A DNA stretch of 64,000 nt, taken from NCBI GenBank assembly GCA_963817895.1, contig CAWFQB010000006.1, forward strand, positions 352,001 through 416,000, in the 5' to 3' direction. Under the pieces are notes generated by a model. The model was not told the origin of the DNA and searched no databases. It saw only the letters and a program-made list of their open reading frames with translations. The stretch comes from an uncultured Chthonomonadaceae bacterium (GTDB lineage Bacteria; Armatimonadota; Chthonomonadetes; Chthonomonadales; Chthonomonadaceae). The translations under genes were made by a program, and so were the position numbers. Positions 55,359 to 64,000 of the stretch are shown here, one piece after another (positions within the stretch are counted from its first letter, which is position 1; every line of letters starts with the position of its first letter).

Positions 55359-57856
55359 ATGATTCGTATTCACACGCAACGCTACGTCCCTGTCGTCGGG
55401 ATAGGGCTTTTTCTCACGCTTGCGCCATCCGCCGGTTACGGGCCAGCGCGGGCGCAAAACACTGCCGCTACGCCTGCCCCCGGTTTGCAGGACGCCCTGC
55501 TGACCCAATGGCCGCGCCAGATTGCCAGCGGAACCGCGACCCTCACCGTGTATCAGCCACAGCTTGACCGCTGGCAGGGCAACCGGCTGACCGGGCGCGC
55601 GGCGGTATCCGCGCAGGCCAGCGCCGTCGCCACTCCCGTTTATGGCGTCGTCTGGTTTTCCGCCCGTACCGACGTGGACAAGGAAGCCTCCCTCGTCACG
55701 CTCAACGATATTCAGATCACGCGCAATACCCTGCCCAACGACCAGAACTATGTCCGCATACTACAGCAGGATGTGGGCAATCTCACGCGTACCCTGCCGC
55801 TGGAGCAGTTGGAAGCCAACCTTGCCATCACGCAGGCCGAGCAGCGACAAACACAGCAGCCCATCCGCAACGATCCGCCGCGCATCATTTACAGCAATCG
55901 CCCCGCCGTACTCGTGCTTGTGGACGGTACGCCCGCCCTGCGCCCCGTTGCCGGAACCAATCTGCTGCGGGTCATCAACACCCCCGCCCTCCTGTTGCTC
56001 GATCAGGCCAGCGGAACCTACTATCTGTACCTGATGGATCGCTGGATGCAGGCCGCTTCCCTGCAAGGCGCATGGAAGGTCGCCGCCAACCCGCCCGCCG
56101 CCCTCGAAACCGCGCGCCAGGCCGCTGTCGCCGCGCAGAACGTAGACTTGATGGACAACCCGACGCCCGACGTGAAGCAGGCGCTGGATACCGATGTCGT
56201 GCCCACCGTCTATGTCAGCGAAACGCAGGCGGAGTTGATCCAGACGCAGGGTGCGCCCAACTTCTCACCCATTGCCGGAACCCGCCTGCTGTGGGCGCAA
56301 AATTCACAAAACAGCCTGTTCCTCAATACCGCCGACCAGAACTATTATACGCTGATTTCGGGACGCTGGTATCGTTCCCGCTCGCTGACAAACGGGGCAT
56401 GGACATTCGTTGCGGGCAACGCGCTGCCCCGCGACTTCGCCCGTATTCCCGAATCGCATCCCGCCGGTGACGCCCTCCCCTCCGTTCCGGGAACAACACA
56501 GGCGAAACAGGCCCTTATCGCGCACAACATCCCGCAAACCGCGACGGTACAGCGGAGTTCCGCGCACCTCGATGTGACCTACGATGGCGAACCACAATTC
56601 GCGCCCGTTGAAGGTACGACGATGCAGTACGCCACCAACACGGCCATGCCCGTCATTCTCATCAGTCCCGGCGTGTACTACGCCTGTCAAAACGGCGTGT
56701 GGTTTACGGGGGGGGCGCCCATCGGTCCCTGGACGATCACGGACTCGGTTCCGCCCATAATCTATACCATTCCCGTCACATCCCCGATAAACTACGTCAC
56801 CAATACCTACGTGTACGGGGCTACGCCGGATTCGGTCTACGTCGGCTACACGCCCGGCTACCTGGGCACGTATGTGGAACCCTACGGGACAGTCGTTTAC
56901 GGCTCCGGGTATCGCTATCGGCCCTGGGTCGGCAGCCTGTGGATCGGCGCTCCCATCACGTATGGTCTGGGCGTGGGCTTTGATTTCAACATCGGCAGCG
57001 GGTGGTCTATCGGGTTCGGGTTCGGCTATGGCCCGATCTGGCATCCCTGGTGGGGTCCTTGGTGGGGCGATTGGCGCTGGCGTGACCGCGTTCGCTGGAC
57101 GGATGGCTTCCGGCGCGATCATGGCGACTGGCGCTGGCATGACGCGAATTTGAACCACTTCAATGTGTATCATCGCTGGCCGCAGAATGTCGCCGTCAGC
57201 CGCCCGCGCGCGGGAGTACGACCCGCGTATACGCTTGGCAATCGGGGCAGGACGGGCGGCAATACGGTCTTTGCCGGACGTGACGGCGGCGTGTACCGCC
57301 GTACTCCGACAGGATGGCAGGCGCGAACGGGCAATCAATGGCGTCCCCTGTCCACTGCGGGCGCGGCGGGCCGAACCGCAGCAGGCGCGAATGTCCGAAC
57401 GGCGCGGACAGGCATCGTGAACGCGCCTGTGGAAACACCGGCGCGTCTTAACAGCGAACAAAGCGTGCGCGCCTTCGGAGGCGCGCGAACGGCTGCAAGT
57501 CCGTACCATATCGGCGCGGAAGCGGGAACAGCGGGCATTGGAACGTACCGCCCGCAAACAGGTATCAGCGCCTACCGTTCGACGCCGATTGTCGGTTCTT
57601 ATAATCCGGTAGCGGGCATTGGCGCGGTTCGCCCGGTCACGCCTACGTTCCGCGCGCCTTCACCGGTCTTCCGCGCTCCGTCGCCGCAGATCAGCAGACC
57701 CTTTCCCTCCATGGGCGGCAGTTTCGGCGGGTATGCGCGGCGTGGAAATGTCAGCGTTCCAACAGGCGGCTTCGGGGGCGCGCGTCCCGGCGGATTTAGT
57801 GGAGGCGGAGTCCGTGTTGGCGGTTTCGGAGGCGGCGGAATACGAGGTGGACGACG

Positions 57857-57860
<4 letters not shown>
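55359..57860 (+). CDS. Large secreted hypothetical protein with Trp/Gly-rich segment and Arg/Gly-rich tail
   Basis: Signal peptide, WPR...YQPQLDRW, GRWYRS..L.G.W repeats, GYTPGYLG, ends GGFGGGGIRGGRR. Confidence 0.85.
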
Positions 57861-58984
<1,124 letters not shown>

Positions 58985-58991
58985 ATGATGC

Positions 58992-59164
58992 TTTCACCAC
59001 AGAGACACAGAGACATCGAGGTTTCACAGAGGGAGGAAAAGGAGAAGAGGAAGCCGAAAACGTTTGCCCGATGTGTAATCCTGTTCCTCCTGAAAAATCC
59101 TGTTAATCCTGTCTATTCTCCTCTTGTTCTTTCTCTGTGAAACCTCGGTGTCTCTGTGGTGAAA
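58992..59164. repeat. Inverted repeat element (accacagagacacagag family) with a nested aatcctg arm
   Basis: ttcaccacagagacacagagacatcgaggtttcacagag pairs with ctctgtgaaacctcggtgtctctgtggtgaa. Confidence 0.85.
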
Positions 59165-59168
59165 ATTC

Positions 59169-59861
59169 CTATCCTACCGCATCCAGCGCGTCTTTGATGG
59201 ACATTTGGACGCAGGTGAAAATCGGCGTGTCGCGCAGGGTGAACAGGCTCGATTCGGTTTCGCGCAGGGCCATCACCAAATCCAGAAAGTCGGCCATGAT
59301 GTCCGTTTCAAACGCAACCACGAATTCCTGATCGTCAATGCCGAACGAGTACGTCGTGTTCAGCTTTACGGTGGGGAATTTATGTCCCACTTCGATGTGC
59401 GTGGACATGGCCTTCTGGCGCTCTTCCAGCGATTTCAAGTACCACTGGCGCGTTTTGACGAAAGGGTACACGAACAGGTATTTGCGCCCGGTGGGACGAA
59501 TCACCAGTCGGCGGCCTTCGGGGGAGCCTTTCTCCGTTGGGTCTATGTACTGCGAGTTCTTGGTCATGGCAAGAAAACAGTAGGGCTGCGTGGCCCACTT
59601 GCCCATACCCGTATTCAGCAGTTTCGAGCCGTGCTTCTGAATAATATCCAGCTCCGGGCTGGCGTTCCACAGCAGCAAATCCACGTCGCCGCGTATGCCG
59701 ACAAGGGAGTAACTGCGCACCATCATCTCATCTGCGGCCTCTTCCACCGCGTTCGCGAACGCCGCCTTATCCTGCGCCCGAACCTCGTCCGGCTGCCGCC
59801 GCCACGCCGCATCAAACTTATAAAACGCAAACTGCACCATCGGGCGTCCGCGATTGTCCAT
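59169..59861 (-). CDS. Chlorite dismutase family protein, probably coproheme decarboxylase (ChdC/HemQ)
   Basis: YSLVGIRGDVD, VYPFVKTRQWY, HIEVG, YSFGIDDQEFVVAFE, DTPIF. Confidence 0.85.
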   Translation of the reverse strand: MDNRGRPMVQFAFYKFDAAWRRQPDEVRAQDKAAFANAVEEAADEMMVRSYSLVGIRGDVDLLLWNASPELDIIQKHGSKLLNTGMGKWATQPYCFLAMTKNSQYIDPTEKGSPEGRRLVIRPTGRKYLFVYPFVKTRQWYLKSLEERQKAMSTHIEVGHKFPTVKLNTTYSFGIDDQEFVVAFETDIMADFLDLVMALRETESSLFTLRDTPIFTCVQMSIKDALDAVG

Positions 59862-59877
59862 GAAAATACTCCTTCGG

Positions 59878-59970
59878 AGTGGGAAGTAGGGAGTAGGGAG
59901 TAGGGAGTAGGGAGTAGCAAAACCTTGCTTGATCCGTGCATTGTCACTACTCCCTACTCCCTACTCCCTT
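59878..59970. repeat. Inverted pair of heptamer tandem repeats (TAGGGAG)n/(CTCCCTA)n
   Basis: Between the WD40 and ChdC-like genes; one arm overlaps the last WD40 codons. Confidence 0.85.
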
Positions 59971-61114
59971 ACTTATGGCGACTACCAAAAGCGTCTGTAC
60001 CGTGCCGTCGTGGGCGGCGATGCGGGCGATCTGATGGCCGTTGCGGGTGTTCCAGTAGCGCAGGGTTTTGTCGCTGCCGCCGCTGACCAGCATCTCGCCG
60101 TTCGCTGTCCAAGCAAGGGTGGTCACGCCCCGGTCATGGCTGCCCGTAAACGCCAGTCCCATGCCGGTTTTTACATTCCACAACCGTATTTTACCCTCTT
60201 CGTCGCCGGTTGCGATGGTTTTGCCGTCCGGGGAAAACGCGACGGTCGAAAACGCCCTTGTTCGCCACTTTGATACGCCGCATCAGACTGCCGTTGATAG
60301 CCCAAATCTTCGCGAAGCCGTCCATAGAAACGCTGGCAATCAGATCGCCGGCGGGAGCCAGGGAAATGGCCGTAATGCTGCCCTCATGCGCCACAATAGT
60401 GGACTCATAATCCAGCAAACGACCCTGCGCGCCGGGTTTCCAGATACGGATTTGCCGGTCATCGCTGCTGCTGACCAGTATTTTACCGTCCCCGGAGAAT
60501 TGCAGGCTGCGAATGGTATCATCGTGCGCCTTCACTTCGGCAAGCAGGCGTCCATTAGCGCGACTCCACAGGCGAATAAAAGCGTCCGCGCCTCCCGTCG
60601 CGACAATCAGGCTATCGGGCGAAATGCCAAGGGCTGTAATGCCGCCCTCATGCGCTTTTACGCTCCGCAGGGGCATTGCGTTCGCCGTCTCTTCTTCGGC
60701 CATGTCCCACCACTTCAGCGTTCCATCCGCCGCCCCGGAAAGGAGCAGGGGCAGGGACTTGCCGTTCAGGACGGGAACATACGTCAGGGCCATAACGGAA
60801 ACCGAAGCGTCATGCTGGCCGATAAACCCGTTCAGTTTGCCCGTCGCGTCCCAGTGCTTCAGGCTGTGATCGCTGCCGCCCGATAGAACGACAGGCAAAA
60901 TGGCGTTGATCTCCTCAGCGGATGGGGGAACGGCGCGGGGCGGAACAGCCTGCGCGGGCGCGGCAGGGCCGGAAGCCGGAGCAGGAGTAGCAGGAGCGGT
61001 TGTGACCGGTACGCCGGTGGAAACCTGCGACTGCGCGGCGCGAACCGGCAGGAGCAGCGCAAGGCTCAACAATCCTGCGACTGGACAAAGGCAAAGTGTA
61101 CGGTTGAAAGTCAT
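59947..61114 (-). CDS. Exported WD40 repeat protein; frameshift near 60240
   Basis: Signal peptide, Pro/Ala linker, repeated AH...V..L..S.DG..L.SG..D...R.W. Confidence 0.88.
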
Positions 61115-61447
61115 GGGCATTTTGGAAGACGCGGAAAGAAATGCAAGCAAACCCAATCGGGACACGCAAGAAGTATAGATGGCGCGAGGGCTTGACATTA
61201 TGTTGATCTTGCGAAAGTTGGGCGCGATACCCTGTGCAGTATTGCGCAAAGGAAAAATTTCGGCTATGGCGCGGTAGAATGTGCCGGGTAGTCCGGCGAA
61301 TCATGCCCATGCAGTCATTGCTTCTGCATGGTAATAACGGGCGCAGTTGGCGCGGTATTCACGCGATAACCGGTATGACAACGCTTTCACGCAAAGGTTA
61401 CGGTTATCCTGTCAGGAACAAAGGCAATGAACACAGGGAAATCGGGC

Positions 61448-61476
61448 TTGACAAATTTTTGCGGCGAATCTATACT
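61448..61476 (+). promoter_or_regulatory. Sigma70-type promoter upstream of ssuE
   Basis: TTGACA-17 nt-TATACT. Confidence 0.75.
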
Positions 61477-61550
61477 ACCCGGAAAACACTTCTTGCGCCG
61501 TATTTCTATGCGCCGCAATCAACTTCTAAAACACGGCAGGCGGCAAACGC

Positions 61551-62078
61551 ATGGCAGATATATTGATGATTGGGGGCAGCCCCTCGCGGGCAGGGAAATC
61601 GGCGGCGATTCTGACCCATACTCAAACCGCATTGACGGCAAAAGGCCGGACTGTAGACACCATTTCGGTGCGCGACCTGCCTGCTGAAGCGCTGCTTCAT
61701 GCCCGACTGGATAACCCCGAAATTATCGCCGCTCACGCGAAAGTGGAGCAGGCGCGGGGGGTGATTGTCGCCACGCCGATTTACAAGGCGGCGTACAGCG
61801 GCATCCTGAAAACGTTTCTGGACCTGCTGCCGCAAAACGCGCTGGCAGGCAAGGTCGTGCTTCCCCTTGCGACGGGCGGCTCGCCCGCGCATCTGCTCGT
61901 GATTGATTACGCGCTGAAGCCCGTTTTGGGCGCATTGGGGGCAACCCATATTTTGCGCGGCGTGTACCTGCTCGATACCCTTGTGCAGTTGGAAGCGGAC
62001 GGCGGTTTTCAAATGGAACCCGCGCTGGAACTGCGCCTGACAGAAGCCCTCAACGAATTCAGCGAACTGGTTTCCTGA
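61551..62078 (+). CDS. ssuE: NADPH-dependent FMN reductase
   Basis: GSPS...KS, ATPIYKAAYSGILKTFLDLLPQ, LPLATGGSPAHLLVIDYALKPVL. Confidence 0.9.
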   Translation: MADILMIGGSPSRAGKSAAILTHTQTALTAKGRTVDTISVRDLPAEALLHARLDNPEIIAAHAKVEQARGVIVATPIYKAAYSGILKTFLDLLPQNALAGKVVLPLATGGSPAHLLVIDYALKPVLGALGATHILRGVYLLDTLVQLEADGGFQMEPALELRLTEALNEFSELVS

Positions 62079-62142
62079 TTTCTTCTCATTACGATAGTGA
62101 AACCCTCATTAGCCAAATCTGATTTTTGAGGAGAATTTCGAC

Positions 62143-63237
62143 ATGACCGATACATTGAACCCTTCCGCCCTGAACCCTGCCACCTCTACGGCCCTCCCTT
62201 CCGCTTCGCTGTACTTTCGCGAGGCGGGAAGCGACAAAGAGTACCATGCGCGTATCGAAGCCGGGGAGGGCGGATACGTTGTGAATTTCGCGTATGGCAG
62301 GCGGGGCGCTGCGCTGACGGCGGGAACCAAAACTTCCAAACCGACCACGCTGGAAGCCGCCACCAAAATCTACGACAAACTGATTACCGAGAAAAAGGCG
62401 AAAGGGTACACGCCCTCCGACGATGGCAAGGCGTTCGCCATGACCGAAAAGGCAGGCGAGGTTTCGGGACTGTTGCCGCAACTGCTCAACCCCATTGACG
62501 AGAGCGACGTAAGCCGCTATCTGAATGACGACGATTGGGTGATGGAAGAAAAGCACGATGGGCGGCGATTGATGGTACGGGTTGTATTGGGCAATGTGGA
62601 AGGCGCGAACCGCAAAGGGCTGCTCGTGAGCCTGCCCAAAGAGATTGAGGATGCGCTGAAGGACGGGCCGGACTGCGTTTTGGACGGCGAACTCATCGGC
62701 GCGAAACTGTACGTGTTCGATGCGTTGTCTTATGCGGGCGAAGATTTGAGCGACAGGGGCTATTTGCAGCGCGTGGCCGTCCGCAATGCAATTCCGTTCG
62801 CCAATCGCGCTGCTGTGGATGGTGTAGAAACCTTTGTCGGCGCGGACGCGAAAACCGCCGCTTATCAGCGGCTTCACGCGGCGGACAAAGAGGGCGTCGT
62901 GTTCAAGCGGGCGGACGCCAGTTACAAGGTGGGACGCCCGACAGTGGGCGGTTCGCAGGTGAAATTCAAATTCTACGCGACATGTTCCGCCGTTGTCGGC
63001 ACGGTCAACCAACAGCGTAGCGTGGGCCTGCTTCTGGACGGCGTAAGCGTGGGCAACGTAACGATCTCCTCTAATTTTGACATGCCAAAAGCAGGAGAGG
63101 TCGTGGAAGTAAGATATTTATACTACAACCCGCAGGGCGCATTGTACCAGTCCTGTTTTCTCGGCGTCCGTGATGATATTGACGCGAACGAGTGTACGCT
63201 GTCCCAACTCAAGCACAAAAGCGCGATGGAAGAATAA
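62143..63237 (+). CDS. WGR domain + ATP-dependent DNA ligase (nucleotidyltransferase + OB fold)
   Basis: SDKEY...AYGRRG...KKAKGY WGR-like domain; EKHDGRR, LDGEL, YVFD, EGVVFK, KFK; VVEVRY...GVRDD. Confidence 0.88.
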   Translation: MTDTLNPSALNPATSTALPSASLYFREAGSDKEYHARIEAGEGGYVVNFAYGRRGAALTAGTKTSKPTTLEAATKIYDKLITEKKAKGYTPSDDGKAFAMTEKAGEVSGLLPQLLNPIDESDVSRYLNDDDWVMEEKHDGRRLMVRVVLGNVEGANRKGLLVSLPKEIEDALKDGPDCVLDGELIGAKLYVFDALSYAGEDLSDRGYLQRVAVRNAIPFANRAAVDGVETFVGADAKTAAYQRLHAADKEGVVFKRADASYKVGRPTVGGSQVKFKFYATCSAVVGTVNQQRSVGLLLDGVSVGNVTISSNFDMPKAGEVVEVRYLYYNPQGALYQSCFLGVRDDIDANECTLSQLKHKSAMEE

Positions 63238-63266
63238 ACGACGTTCGGCAGGAGAAGAAAGCGCTG

Positions 63267-64000
63267 ATGGAAGACAACGATTTGCCGATAGAAGACGCGA
63301 AGGTAGCTTTAGAGGCTGTGTTTCACAGCATTACTCAGGTGCTGGAAGAGGCCCGCGCGACTGCTTACCGGGCTGTCAACAGCGCGATGACGCAGGCGTA
63401 CTGGAACATCGGGCGCATTATCGTTGAGGAAGAGCAACAGGGGAAGGCTCGCGCTGAGTACGGCGCGGCGCTTATTCCCGCCCTTGCCAAACGCCTGACC
63501 GCGCAGTTCGGCAAGGGTTTCACGGAAACCAACCTCAAGTATATGCGGCTTTTTCATATTGCCTTTCCAATTCGTCACGCGCTGCGTGACGAATTGAGCT
63601 GGACGCACTACCGGCTTTTGCTGAAAGTGGAAAAGGAGACTGCGCGGCAGTTCTACCTTGAGGAAACCATTGCGTCAAAGTGGAGTACCCGCGAACTGGA
63701 ACGGCAAATCAGTTCCCTCTTTTATGAACGGCTGCTGTTAAGCCGTGACAGAAAAGGCGCGCTTCAGCTTGCCTCGGAAGGCCAAATTTTGCGCGCGCCG
63801 CAAGACCTGATCAAAGACCCCTATGTTTTGGAATTTTTGGGAGCGCGGGAGAACCCGTTCGCTCAGGAGAAAGACCTCGAACAGGGGCTGATGAACCGTT
63901 TGCAGGAGTTTCTGCTGGAATTGGGCAAAGGTTTCGCGTTTGTCGCGCGCCAGAAGCGCATCACCATTGGCGGCGACCACTTCTATATTGATCTGGTGTT
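63267..64000 (+). CDS. YhcG/DUF1016 PD-(D/E)xK nuclease family protein, runs off the window end
   Basis: YWNIGRIIVEEEQQG..RAEYG, FGKGF...NL.YMR, LSWTHY, WSTRELERQI, KDPYVLEFL, ELGKGFAFVARQ. Confidence 0.93.
   Translation, partial: MEDNDLPIEDAKVALEAVFHSITQVLEEARATAYRAVNSAMTQAYWNIGRIIVEEEQQGKARAEYGAALIPALAKRLTAQFGKGFTETNLKYMRLFHIAFPIRHALRDELSWTHYRLLLKVEKETARQFYLEETIASKWSTRELERQISSLFYERLLLSRDRKGALQLASEGQILRAPQDLIKDPYVLEFLGARENPFAQEKDLEQGLMNRLQEFLLELGKGFAFVARQKRITIGGDHFYIDLV

Overview
GC-rich bacterial chromosomal window. PEP-CTERM and DUF1501/DUF1549 genes plus paralog style suggest Armatimonadota or a PVC-like lineage (inference only). Many conserved genes are broken by single-base frameshifts, so this is probably an imperfectly polished long-read assembly. 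Core genes: rpsU, atpD-atpC, poxB, queG, a ChdC/HemQ-family protein, a YgfZ-like protein, ssuE, an LCP protein and five glycosyltransferases. Accessory content: (i) a DUF1549/1553-DUF1501-WD40-PPC(heme c)-DUF1080 exported cluster split by an islet of small genes; (ii) a 10 kb block (20.0-30.0 kb) bracketed by two paralogous basic proteins, containing a P-loop ATPase, an NLR-like NACHT protein whose nine full 93-bp HEAT repeats each carry a different combination of five switchable sites, and tandem membrane-anchored ankyrin genes separated by palindromic elements; (iii) an OLD-like ATPase-TOPRIM gene disrupted by an intact IS630; (iv) a WGR-ATP-dependent ligase next to a DUF1016 nuclease. Several REP, MITE and short tandem repeat families occur, and some have been absorbed into coding sequence (QueG loop, WD40 signal peptide). 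No tRNA, rRNA or CRISPR array was seen. The best candidate for an undescribed system is the ATPase / NACHT-HEAT / ankyrin locus at about 21.8-29.0 kb. All family assignments are by motif recognition, not database search.
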